DNA of 64,000 bases from a virus (taxonomy: Duplodnaviria > Caudoviricetes). The notes beneath the pieces are model-generated. The model saw only the letters and a program-made list of their open reading frames with translations. It was not told the origin of the DNA and ran no database searches. Position numbers and translations under genes: made by a program. This document shows positions 16,261 through 25,686 of this stretch, piece after piece (the first letter of the stretch is position 1; every line of letters begins with the position of its first letter). The stretch spans positions 32,001-96,000 of the IMG/VR virus record IMGVR_UViG_2828164553_000001. The stretch is one strand, 5' to 3'.

Positions 16261-17824
16261 TGCCAGCAAAACCCTCGTATCCGCCAAGGAACGCTACGAC
16301 GAGCTGAAGCCCAACCGAAATAGTGCCGAGACCCGCGCTAAGGCGTGCACCAAGGTCACCATCCCATCACTGTTCGTTGATCCGAAGCAGAAGTCACAGA
16401 CTTTCACCGCTCCCGTACAGGGCACAGGCGCGCGCTGCGCTAACGCAATCGCCAACGCGCTTCTGCTGGCGGTCCTACCGCCCAACATCACTCCCTTCAC
16501 CCTGAAGCCCGACCTGTCCGAATCGGACAAGCTCATGCAGGAAGCAGGTATCCAGAAGGGCGAACTTGAGACGGCACTTTCGGAAATCGAACGTGCCGTC
16601 ATGGATGAAATCGAGGCCGGCGCCCAGCTGCGTTCTGTCCTGGCCGAGGGCTTCAAGCACTCCGCCGCGGCAGGAAACTGGCTGCTATACGTACCGGATC
16701 AAGGGCCAGGCAAGCTCTACCCACTGACCTCTTACGTCGCTGACCGCGACGGCCTGGGCAACGTGCTGGAGATTGTCACCCTCGACCTCATCGCAATCCA
16801 GATGCTTCCCCAAGAGGCACGAGACGCGATCCTGGCGAAGGTCTCCGAGTCCGAACGGCTGAAGAAGCTGGCAGAAGACACCGAGCTTTACACCCGCGTG
16901 TACCGCGACGAGAACAACGAGAACTGGCTGTGCTACCAAGAGGTCGAAGGGGTAATCATCTCCGGGACCGAGGGCAGCTATCCAATCGATGCTCCGCCGT
17001 GGATTCCCGTTTCGATCCCTCGACCCACCAGCGAGGACTATGGCCGCGGCCTAATCGAGGATTACCGAGGCGAGTTCGAGACTCTTGAGGCGCTCCGGAA
17101 GGCGCTCCGAAAAGGTGCTGCAGCTGCCGCGAAGATTCTTTGGCTGCTGAAGCCAACCTCGGCGATGAAGCCCGATCAGTTGACCAAGGCTGAGTCGGGG
17201 GCCTTCATTCGCGGCGACAAGAACGACATTTCCTCCCTGACACTGGACAAGTTCCAGGACCTCTCGTTCGTAAAGAGCGAAGCCGACACCACCGCCCGTA
17301 ATCTGGAGCTGGTCTTCGGCGTCGGCACTGCGATTCAGCGCAGCGGCGACCGAGTCACCCGAGAGGAAATCCAGTATCTCGCCCGTGTGCTTGAAGACAA
17401 CCGCGCCGGCCTTTATTCCGTGCTCGGCCCCGAGCTGATGGTTCCACTCATCCGCCGCATCCTTTTCCGTCTGCAACAGAACGGGGCAATCCCGGAGCTG
17501 CCGGAAGGTCTCATCAAACCCCGCATCACGGTAGGCGTCGCAGCTCTGGGCCGCGGCCATGACTTCGAGAAGCTTGTGCGCTTTGGCGAGACCGCTAAGG
17601 GCGTCATGGGCGAGCAAGAAGCCAGCCGCCGCATCGATTGGGGCGAGTGGCTGTCCCGACTAGGCGCCGCATCCGACATCACCACGAAGGGCCTGGTGCT
17701 TGACCCTGAAGCGGTCCAGCAGAACGACCAGGCCTCCGCAATGAACGAGGCTGCTGTCCGCGCCGCACCGAACATGGTGAACGCAGCGATGGCGGGCAGC
17801 CTCACGAATCAGGTACCGCAATGA
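16253..17824 (+). CDS. Portal / head-to-tail connector (gp8)
   Basis: EDYGRGLIEDY, RVTREEI, ALGRGHD motifs; position. Confidence 0.93.
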   Translation: MADASKTLVSAKERYDELKPNRNSAETRAKACTKVTIPSLFVDPKQKSQTFTAPVQGTGARCANAIANALLLAVLPPNITPFTLKPDLSESDKLMQEAGIQKGELETALSEIERAVMDEIEAGAQLRSVLAEGFKHSAAAGNWLLYVPDQGPGKLYPLTSYVADRDGLGNVLEIVTLDLIAIQMLPQEARDAILAKVSESERLKKLAEDTELYTRVYRDENNENWLCYQEVEGVIISGTEGSYPIDAPPWIPVSIPRPTSEDYGRGLIEDYRGEFETLEALRKALRKGAAAAAKILWLLKPTSAMKPDQLTKAESGAFIRGDKNDISSLTLDKFQDLSFVKSEADTTARNLELVFGVGTAIQRSGDRVTREEIQYLARVLEDNRAGLYSVLGPELMVPLIRRILFRLQQNGAIPELPEGLIKPRITVGVAALGRGHDFEKLVRFGETAKGVMGEQEASRRIDWGEWLSRLGAASDITTKGLVLDPEAVQQNDQASAMNEAAVRAAPNMVNAAMAGSLTNQVPQ

Positions 17825-17973
17825 CCGAACAGAAGACCCCCGCAGCCGAGAAGCAGAAGACGGCGACTGCCCCCGCGAAGACGTACCCGAACGTGACCCA
17901 GAAGGGCAACGTGACGGTCACCGAATACGCTGACGGCACAACCCACTACAACGCATTGGGAACGACCAAGTGA
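17821..17973 (+). CDS. Small hypothetical protein (50 aa)
   Basis: ATGA and GTGA coupling between portal and scaffold genes. Confidence 0.6.
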   Translation: MTEQKTPAAEKQKTATAPAKTYPNVTQKGNVTVTEYADGTTHYNALGTTK

Positions 17974-18716
17974 CCGAACAGGCCACCGAGACCCAGCCGG
18001 CCCCGGTCGCCGCCGAGGGCACCGAAGGTCAGCAGACCGAACGCCTGTATGGCGGCAAGTACAAAACGGTCGAAGAGCTGGAGGCTGCCTATGCGGCTGC
18101 CGCAACTCCGGCTGACCCCGCCGGCAACGTCGGCCTGAAGGCCACGAAAGAAGCCGCGACGGTGGGAGGCGAAGGCACGGATGGCGATGCCCACGAAGCC
18201 AATACAGCCGACGCCTTAAAGGCCGCTGGCCTCGACCAGACCGTGTTCACTCAGGAGTTTGCCGAGACCGGCACCATCTCCGAAGAGAGCTTCAAGTCGC
18301 TGGAAAAGGCTGGTTTTCCGAAAGAGCTGGTGGGCGTGTATCTGGATGGCCTCAAGGCCCGCCAGTCCACTTACGAGGCTGGAATCTTCGCCCCGGCAGG
18401 CGGCAAAGATGGCTACGCGAAGCTCCTGGAGTGGGCCGGCAAGAACCTGGAGGACGCCGCCATCGACGCCTTCAATGCCGCTGTTACCTCCGGCGACGCC
18501 GCACGTGCCAAGTTGGCTGTCGCTGGCCTGGCCGCGCAAGCGAAGACCTCCGCTCCGGCTGTTCTGATTAACGGCAAGGCCTCCCCTGCCCCAGGCGTGC
18601 AGCCGTATGCCTCGCGCGCAGAGGTACAGGAAGCGATCCGCAATCCGAAGTATCGCTCCGACCCTGCATACCGCGAGCGACACATGGCGCGCCTGCGCGC
18701 CTCCGACGTGTACTGA
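17970..18716 (+). CDS. Capsid scaffolding protein (gp9)
   Basis: GKYKTVEELEAAY, LEWA, NPKYRSDPAYR motifs. Confidence 0.9.
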   Translation: MTEQATETQPAPVAAEGTEGQQTERLYGGKYKTVEELEAAYAAAATPADPAGNVGLKATKEAATVGGEGTDGDAHEANTADALKAAGLDQTVFTQEFAETGTISEESFKSLEKAGFPKELVGVYLDGLKARQSTYEAGIFAPAGGKDGYAKLLEWAGKNLEDAAIDAFNAAVTSGDAARAKLAVAGLAAQAKTSAPAVLINGKASPAPGVQPYASRAEVQEAIRNPKYRSDPAYRERHMARLRASDVY

Positions 18717-18792
18717 GTCAACCCTCTCTCAATCAATCAATCCAGCCTCGCCTGTTCCCAGGTGAAGCGTACCCGCACCCCAAGGAAACAAA

Positions 18793-19743
18793 ATGGCAGA
18801 TTCCAATCCCAGCCGCATCGGTCAGATCAACAAGCAGGGCGATGCCTGGGCGCTGTTCATGCAGAATTACATGGCCGAGGTCGATACCTCGTTCATCGAG
18901 AACTACAAGCTGGAAGGCCGCGTCATGACGCGCACGATTTCTTCCGGCAAGTCTGCATCGTTCCCGGCAATCGGCAAAGTCGGCTCGCGTTACCACATCC
19001 CCGGTACCGACATCCTGGGCCAGACCGTGGACCACAACGAGCGCATTCTGACGCTCGACCCGATGCTTATTTCGGATGTTTTCATTGCGAACATCGACGA
19101 GGCGATGAACCACTTCGACGTGCGTGGCGAGTACACCCGCCTGCAGGGCGCCGAGCTGGCTCTGCAACGCATGAAGAACGAACTGCGTTGCGCCATCCGT
19201 GCAGCCCGCATCACTGAGTCGGTGGTGGACGGTCAGCCGGGCGGCCTGCGCATCGTGAATGCCGCGATGCTGACCGACCCGGTTGTGATCGCCAAGGCGT
19301 TCCGCGCCGCGCGCCAGAACTTCGACGAAAAGGGCATCTCGGAGAATCCGCAGGAGTTCACGGGCGCCCTGCGTCCGGCTCAGTATTACCTGCTGACCGA
19401 GAACAAGGACTTGATCGACCGCGACATCAACACCGAGTCGAAGGGCAGCTACAACGAAGCTGTCATCTCGTCCATCGCCCGCATCCCGCTGCTGAAGGTC
19501 AACGCCCTGCCGGGCACCGACGAGTCGGCCGATGCGACCCTGCAGGCCAAGTACCGCGGTGACTATAGCGGCACGGCCGGCGTCATCTTCCATCGCTCTG
19601 CGGTTGGCACCCTGCAGCTGCTGGGCCTGTCCGTCGAGGACGTGTACCAGGGCAACAAGCAGGGCACCCTGATGCTGTCCAAGTACGCGCTGGGCCACGG
19701 CGAGCTGCGCGGTGACGGTGCGGTCGAGCTGGGCAGCAAGTAA
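18793..19743 (+). CDS. Major capsid protein (gp10)
   Basis: RTISSGKSASFP, DVRGEY, YALGHGELR motifs. Confidence 0.95.
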   Translation: MADSNPSRIGQINKQGDAWALFMQNYMAEVDTSFIENYKLEGRVMTRTISSGKSASFPAIGKVGSRYHIPGTDILGQTVDHNERILTLDPMLISDVFIANIDEAMNHFDVRGEYTRLQGAELALQRMKNELRCAIRAARITESVVDGQPGGLRIVNAAMLTDPVVIAKAFRAARQNFDEKGISENPQEFTGALRPAQYYLLTENKDLIDRDINTESKGSYNEAVISSIARIPLLKVNALPGTDESADATLQAKYRGDYSGTAGVIFHRSAVGTLQLLGLSVEDVYQGNKQGTLMLSKYALGHGELRGDGAVELGSK

Positions 19744-19816
19744 GCAACACCCGCACCTCTCCAAGCGTAGCCGTCCCTAGCGGAAGCCGACCACGGAGAG
19801 GTGCGGTTCTCTCCCG

Positions 19817-19853
19817 ACCGGAGGTCTCTTAACGGGGACCTCCGGTTTTTTTT
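19817..19853 (+). terminator. T7 T-phi-like terminator after the capsid gene
   Basis: ACCGGAGGTCTC-TTAACG-GGGACCTCCGGT followed by a T-tract. Confidence 0.85.
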
Positions 19854-19874
19854 CGGCCACTTTAAGAGAACCGC

Positions 19875-20468
19875 ATGGACCTGACTCCGACCACTGAGCT
19901 TGAGGCCGTCAACGAGATGCTCGCCGTGATCGGCGAACAGCCCGTAAGCGCCCTGGAAGCGGTCGGCAACACCGACGTTGCCATTGCCATTCGCACCCTT
20001 CGCGGTGTATCGCGCGAGGTGCAGACCGCCACCTGGTGGTTCAACACCGACGAGAGCTACACGTTTGTCCTTAACGCAGAGAACCGTGCCCCGCTCCCCA
20101 AACTCATTCTGAGCATTCGGCCCTTGGGCCGGGGCTCCTCCCGGATCACCCACCGCAACGGCTTCCTCTACGACCTGACCAACGCCACCGACGTGTTCGC
20201 CGAAGACGTGGCACCGTCAGCCAAGGTGGTCTGGTTCGTGGACTTCGAGCTGCTACCAGAGACTGTCCGCCGCTACATCGCCATTCGTGCAGCCCGCATC
20301 TTCCAAAAGAACGTGCTGGGCAGCGAGTCACTCAACGGTTTCACCGAGGACCACGAAGGCGCCGCGCTGGCGCTGCTGATCGACGAGTCCCATGACTTTG
20401 AGTTCGCTGCCGGCGCCAACTTTCTCAACGACGATCCCGACACTTCCGCCATCGCGAACCGCACTTGA
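19875..20468 (+). CDS. Tail tubular protein A (gp11)
   Basis: TELEAVNEMLAVIGEQPV, WWFN, LPETVRRYI.IRAARIF motifs. Confidence 0.93.
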   Translation: MDLTPTTELEAVNEMLAVIGEQPVSALEAVGNTDVAIAIRTLRGVSREVQTATWWFNTDESYTFVLNAENRAPLPKLILSIRPLGRGSSRITHRNGFLYDLTNATDVFAEDVAPSAKVVWFVDFELLPETVRRYIAIRAARIFQKNVLGSESLNGFTEDHEGAALALLIDESHDFEFAAGANFLNDDPDTSAIANRT

Positions 20469-22585
20469 GTCTGGAAACTGGCAGCTATCCGTCCTTCTTG
20501 GGCGGTGTCTCACAGCAGGACGCATCCGTCCGCAACGCAACGCAAGTCACCGACGCTCACAACACCTGGCTGCATTCTGCCATGGGCACTGGCAAGCGCC
20601 CCGCGGCGCAGTTCGTCAAAGTGCTGGGCAACGATATCGCGCCACACGCGCACTTTCATTCCATCGTCCGCGATTCCGTCGAGCACTATCTGGTGGTTGT
20701 CGAGAGCGGCAAGGTACGCGTGTTCAACCACGAGAATGGCTACGAGTACGACGTACTGATGGCCGAAGGCTCGGCCGCGTACCTGGCAACCGACAAGCAG
20801 CCTTGGTCAGTGTTCCGCACCTGCACACAGTCGGACACCACGTTCATGGTGAACACTCAGGTGACGACCAAGATGAGCACCGAAAAAGCGCCTGGTCGCA
20901 TTACCGGATCGGTGCAGACCTTCACTGATCTGCCGAAGCCCGACAAGAACGTAGCGGTGCCTTCCGGTGCCATCTACGAAGTGCTCGGTGCCAGCGGAAA
21001 CAAGTACGACAATTTCGTGGTCCAACGCGCCGGCAAGGGCGTATGGCAGGAGATTGCCCGGCCTGGTGCTTACAACACCTTCGACAAGACCACGATGCCG
21101 CATCTACTGAAGCGCGTGGTTGATCCGATTCACGGCGACGGCCTGTTCTTCAGCTTCGGCCCCATGGACTGGGATAAGCGCCTCGCTGGCGACGACACCA
21201 CCATTGGTCCGCCCAGCTTCATCGACGAGAAGATCCGCGACGTGTTCTTTCATCGCGGCCGCCTTGGCCTGATGTCCACCGAGAACACCTGCCTCTCCGA
21301 AATCGACCATCCTTTCAACTTCTGGCGCACTACGACACAGCAGCTTCTCGACTCCGACGTGATCGACTTCGCGGTCCAATCACGAGGCGTCGCTCAGCTG
21401 CAGTTTGGCGTCCCGTTCCAGTCGTCGCTCCTGATGTTCGGCGACCGTGCCAACTTCCAGATGACCGCAGATCCAATGCTGACTCCGAAGACCCCAAAGG
21501 TGGACGAGTTGGTCAACTACGAGTGCTCCCTCTACGTCCGCCCGGTTCTGTTGGGCGACACCTTGTACTTCGCGTCCGACTCAGGGGCCTTCTCCGTCCT
21601 CCGCGAATACTTCGTTGACGACGTGTCGATTACCGGCGACGCCGCTGACGTGACCGCGCATGTGCCTCGACTGATCCCCGGCAAGCTCCGCGCGATGACT
21701 GCCGTTCCGGGAGCAGACGCGTTGGTGGTGGCCCCAGTCGATTCCCCTTCGCAGCTTTACACGTACTTCGTCCGGTGGGCCGGCAACGAGAAGTCGCAAT
21801 CCTCCTGGACACGGTGGGACCTCTCCGGCATCGGCCGCGTGGTCCACCTGCACTCCACATCCGACGACCTGTACGTCACTGCCGAATCTCCGGCAGGCGG
21901 CGTTGAGTTGCTGAAGCTGAGCCTCTCGTTGGTTGCAGCGGAGGGTGACTTCACCAAGGACTACGCGTTCCTACTGGACCGCCTGGTAGTGGTTCAGCCG
22001 AACTATTACGCGTTCGGCAATTACACCGACATCAACCTCCCCTACACGCTCGCCCGCTTGGACGGCCTGGTCATCGGCAAGACCGACGACTGGGCGTCTC
22101 CCGGCGAGCTGTTGGACCTGACGGACGCAACGCTCATCAACGGCGGCATGGGCATCCGCTTCCAAGGCAACTTGGCAGCTGGGCGCCTGGCAGTGGGTGT
22201 GAGCTATGACTCTTCAGTCGAGCTAACCCGCGCCTACCTCCGCGACCAGCGGAACAACTCGATCCTCGTTGGCCGCCTCCAGGTTCGTGACATCACTGTC
22301 GCGTACAAGGATGCCGCCTACTTCGAGGTAGAGGTCATTACCCGCGGCCGCGAGAGCGACCCGCAGGCGTACCTTGCATCCCACGCAGGACTGTTCACGT
22401 CCCGCACGCTGGGCGACGAAGTGTTCCGCCTGGGCAGCCCCAATTTCCACTCCGGCGAGCGCCGATTTCCCGTGCAAGCCCGCGCCGACAACTGCCGGAT
22501 CGTCATCCGCAATCGCCTGCCGTTCCAGTGCTGGTTCCAGTCTGCGCAGTACCGCGCGCTCTTCTCTTCAAGGAGTTCCGTTTGA
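20465..22585 (+). CDS. Tail tubular protein B (gp12)
   Basis: GGVSQQ, TMPHLL, PSF...FFHRGRL, QSSWTRW motifs. Confidence 0.93.
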   Translation: MSLETGSYPSFLGGVSQQDASVRNATQVTDAHNTWLHSAMGTGKRPAAQFVKVLGNDIAPHAHFHSIVRDSVEHYLVVVESGKVRVFNHENGYEYDVLMAEGSAAYLATDKQPWSVFRTCTQSDTTFMVNTQVTTKMSTEKAPGRITGSVQTFTDLPKPDKNVAVPSGAIYEVLGASGNKYDNFVVQRAGKGVWQEIARPGAYNTFDKTTMPHLLKRVVDPIHGDGLFFSFGPMDWDKRLAGDDTTIGPPSFIDEKIRDVFFHRGRLGLMSTENTCLSEIDHPFNFWRTTTQQLLDSDVIDFAVQSRGVAQLQFGVPFQSSLLMFGDRANFQMTADPMLTPKTPKVDELVNYECSLYVRPVLLGDTLYFASDSGAFSVLREYFVDDVSITGDAADVTAHVPRLIPGKLRAMTAVPGADALVVAPVDSPSQLYTYFVRWAGNEKSQSSWTRWDLSGIGRVVHLHSTSDDLYVTAESPAGGVELLKLSLSLVAAEGDFTKDYAFLLDRLVVVQPNYYAFGNYTDINLPYTLARLDGLVIGKTDDWASPGELLDLTDATLINGGMGIRFQGNLAAGRLAVGVSYDSSVELTRAYLRDQRNNSILVGRLQVRDITVAYKDAAYFEVEVITRGRESDPQAYLASHAGLFTSRTLGDEVFRLGSPNFHSGERRFPVQARADNCRIVIRNRLPFQCWFQSAQYRALFSSRSSV

Positions 22586-23043
22586 CCGTTCTCGAATATC
22601 GTCCGCCCAGCTCGGGGGACATCCTGAGCGTGGCCGCGCGTATGCGGGACGCCGACGTTTTGGAAGTCGCTGCTGCATGCGGCGACTCGCCTCTCGAAGC
22701 TCTCCTGAAGTCCTGCAACGACGCCGATGCGGTGTTCTGCATCGTCCTTGACGGGCACCCCGAGGGCATCTTCGGGGTCTCCTACGCGGGCGGCCTGGGA
22801 GCAACCGTATGGCTCTTGGGAACCGATGCCCTGGCAAACATCCCGCGTTTGATGGTGACCGAGACACGCCGCATCACCGATGATTGGCGCGACAGATTCG
22901 CCGTCCTGCACAACTTCGTGGACGACAGCAACGAGGTATCGAAGCGATGGCTGGCCGCCGTCGGTTTCAGTTTCTCGGAGCCAGTCCCCTATGGCCCCTC
23001 GCAGGTGCCGTTCCGCTATTTCTACAAGATCGGCCATGTGTGA
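22582..23043 (+). CDS. Internal virion protein A (gp13-like)
   Basis: WLLGT, HNFVDDSN...WLAAVGF; position. Confidence 0.8.
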   Translation: MTVLEYRPPSSGDILSVAARMRDADVLEVAAACGDSPLEALLKSCNDADAVFCIVLDGHPEGIFGVSYAGGLGATVWLLGTDALANIPRLMVTETRRITDDWRDRFAVLHNFVDDSNEVSKRWLAAVGFSFSEPVPYGPSQVPFRYFYKIGHV

Positions 23044-23500
23044 CGGCGGTGTTTTCTCCGTGCCGATCGCCATGGCAGTCATCGGAGCTGGCACCGCCGT
23101 ATACCAGGGCAAGCAACAAGCCAAAGCCATCGGCGAGCAGATGCAAGCCGAGCAGAACCAGATCGACGCGAAGGCGCAGGTGGACACGCTGCAACGCATG
23201 GCTGAAGCACGGTCCCTCCGTGCAACGGCGCGCGCATCGGCCGCAGAAGCAGCCATCGGTGGCAACTCCCTGCAGGCAATCGACAACGACATCATGGCCC
23301 AGGCAGGCCGCGACGTGGCGATGATCGAGGGCAACCGTGAGCGCGGCGTCGCCGCATCTTCCGCAGATGCCGCAGCTCGTACGCGAGTCGCCAACGCCGA
23401 GATGGTCGGCGGCGTAATCAATACAGCCGCGAGCGGCGCCACCAGCGCCTACAGCACCTATCAGATCAAGAAGCGAGGCGACACCAATGGCAAGGGTTAA
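23036..23500 (+). CDS. Internal virion protein B (gp14-like)
   Basis: MC start, hydrophobic N-terminus, GGNS motif; position. Confidence 0.8.
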   Translation: MCDGGVFSVPIAMAVIGAGTAVYQGKQQAKAIGEQMQAEQNQIDAKAQVDTLQRMAEARSLRATARASAAEAAIGGNSLQAIDNDIMAQAGRDVAMIEGNRERGVAASSADAAARTRVANAEMVGGVINTAASGATSAYSTYQIKKRGDTNGKG

Positions 23501-25679
23501 TGAGCGCGGCATTCAGCGCCGTGCCGTGATCGAGTCGCGGCAATCTGCACCCGAGCAGTACCGCATCCAGGTCAGCGGCGCAGCCGCACAAAGCTACTCT
23601 GCGGTCTCCAATATCTCCGCAGGCATCCTCGGGCGCCTGTCGGCTGCGGCCAGTGGCATTCAGCAGGACCGGCAGTTCCGCCAGAACGGCGAGGATACCC
23701 TTCAGGGCCAGCAGCAACGCACTCAAGAATCCGTCGAAGGCCAGGCCGCGCAGTCGGAAGATGCACTCGCATCTTTCACTCCGGCCTTCCGCCGCGGCTA
23801 CTTCGTGACCGAGGCGTCAAACAAGATCAACGACGCCAAGCGGGGCCTGATCGCGCGCGTCGCTGCGATGGACGTGGGTGAAGACCCGCAGGCGATCATC
23901 CAGGAAACCCTGGGTGGTCTGATGCAGCAGAAGGAGTTCCAAGACCCGCAAGTCATGGCACAGCTGCAGCCCGCGATCCAGCAGATGCGCCAACAGGCGC
24001 TCGATGTCCACTCCAAGACCGAGACAGCTGAACTTCTGGAGCGACAGACCGAGAACGTCGGCGCAATGCTGCGCACTGCAGCCCTCGACGGATCGCTACT
24101 GAAGCCAGGCGCCATCGAGAACTTCGCCAAGGCGCTTGACACCGAAGAATTCGCCTTTGTGTCCCGCAATGAGTTCTACGACCAGGCCGCTGGGCAGATC
24201 GTGGACGTGCTGGCGACCGGCGAGGGAAACATCCAGGCGCTCTCCGAGTTCGCCCGGAGGACCACCGACGAGAACGGCACCTCCCTATGGGATCGCAAGC
24301 ACGGCGAGGGGACCTGGGGCGACACTTTTACCCAAGCCGCCCGCGCTGGTGCTGCAATCCAGCAACGGATGCTGGAGGAGCGGCAGGCGTCCGTGCAGGC
24401 CGAGAAAGAGGTCACATGGCAGGACCAGGCCTATGTTGGTCGCATGACCCAGGCGAGCATCAATGCCAACGCGGATGCTCTTGGCCTGTCCGGCAAGGAT
24501 CGCCACACGTTCGTCCGCCATTGGTACGACCAGAACCAAGCCGGCATACGCCGGATGGAACAGGAAGCCAAGGAGGCGGCACGCCACAAGGAAACCATCC
24601 AAGTTCTTACAGCGGGGCAAGGACTCACGCTTGAGACTCACCAGCTGCAGAAGGCGTTCTCGAAGGAGTGGACGGATGCGGTCAAGGCTGGCAACAAGCA
24701 GGCGATGGGTACCGCCCTGGCCCGTGCTACGAGAGCCGGCGTAGTCATCCCCGCTGTGCAGGACCTCATTGGCCGCACCACTTCAACGAACCTGACGCAG
24801 AACTACGCCACCTACAAGGCTATCGCCGACATCGACCCCATTACCGCCATGCGGTACGTGTCGGAAGACAACGCGATTCTCATGAACGAATACCACGAGA
24901 ACCGAACGACATTCGGCATGAGCGAGCAAGAGGCACTTCAGCATGTCACACGTCCTGAGCAGAAAGCAGTCCGTGCTGAGGTCTCCGCGCGAATTGGCCG
25001 AGCTGCTACCGCGTACTTCAAGAAGATGGATGAGATGCCTGACGGCTCGCCTATGCCGCCGTGGCTGCATGATCGCGTCCAGCGTGAGGCGACTCGACTA
25101 GCAGTTCGCAACCCTATGGCCCCACCGGACGCCGCCGTCGCCACAGCATTCAAACGCGTTCAAGGCGACTTGGCGAACGTCAACGGTCGCTGGGTGGCCC
25201 GCGGGGGAATGCGGGCAGGAGCGGAATCGGGCGTAACGGAGTTTGTCAGGCGCGCGGCGGCAGATGCTGAAAAATCCGGGGCAATACCGAAGGGAACAGC
25301 AAGCGGAGTCTTTGCTGCACCTACAGAAGATGACCCAAACGTGTTCATTCTCCACAGCCGCGACGGCTTCCCCATTTATGGAAAGGCCAGCGACGGTACT
25401 CAGCGCCCTGTGCTGTTTGATCCCAACAAAACTGCTGCTGGCGTCAATCAGTGGAAACGCGACGAAGCGGAGAAGCAGGCCCGATTCGATGCGCAGAACA
25501 AGCCCAAGCTCACTGTAATGGGGCTCGACCCCACACAGGCGGCGGCAATGCGTACTGCCAAGGGCGACCCGTCGCTGAAGCCTACGGTACTGAAGCTGGG
25601 CGACAAACCCGCTCCAGCGGGGCCGAAGCGCACGGACGCCACCGACATGCTCGACTACCTCTCAACCTTCAAGAACTAG
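23487..25679 (+). CDS. Internal virion protein C (gp15-like)
   Basis: 730-aa helical protein at the syntenic position. Confidence 0.75.
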   Translation: MARVNERGIQRRAVIESRQSAPEQYRIQVSGAAAQSYSAVSNISAGILGRLSAAASGIQQDRQFRQNGEDTLQGQQQRTQESVEGQAAQSEDALASFTPAFRRGYFVTEASNKINDAKRGLIARVAAMDVGEDPQAIIQETLGGLMQQKEFQDPQVMAQLQPAIQQMRQQALDVHSKTETAELLERQTENVGAMLRTAALDGSLLKPGAIENFAKALDTEEFAFVSRNEFYDQAAGQIVDVLATGEGNIQALSEFARRTTDENGTSLWDRKHGEGTWGDTFTQAARAGAAIQQRMLEERQASVQAEKEVTWQDQAYVGRMTQASINANADALGLSGKDRHTFVRHWYDQNQAGIRRMEQEAKEAARHKETIQVLTAGQGLTLETHQLQKAFSKEWTDAVKAGNKQAMGTALARATRAGVVIPAVQDLIGRTTSTNLTQNYATYKAIADIDPITAMRYVSEDNAILMNEYHENRTTFGMSEQEALQHVTRPEQKAVRAEVSARIGRAATAYFKKMDEMPDGSPMPPWLHDRVQREATRLAVRNPMAPPDAAVATAFKRVQGDLANVNGRWVARGGMRAGAESGVTEFVRRAAADAEKSGAIPKGTASGVFAAPTEDDPNVFILHSRDGFPIYGKASDGTQRPVLFDPNKTAAGVNQWKRDEAEKQARFDAQNKPKLTVMGLDPTQAAAMRTAKGDPSLKPTVLKLGDKPAPAGPKRTDATDMLDYLSTFKN

Positions 25680-25686
25680 GAATCTA

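Noticed and set aside
19720-19835. T7 gp10B-like capsid frameshift or readthrough extension
   Set aside because: All frames close within about 30 codons after the capsid stop, and I see no slippery site.
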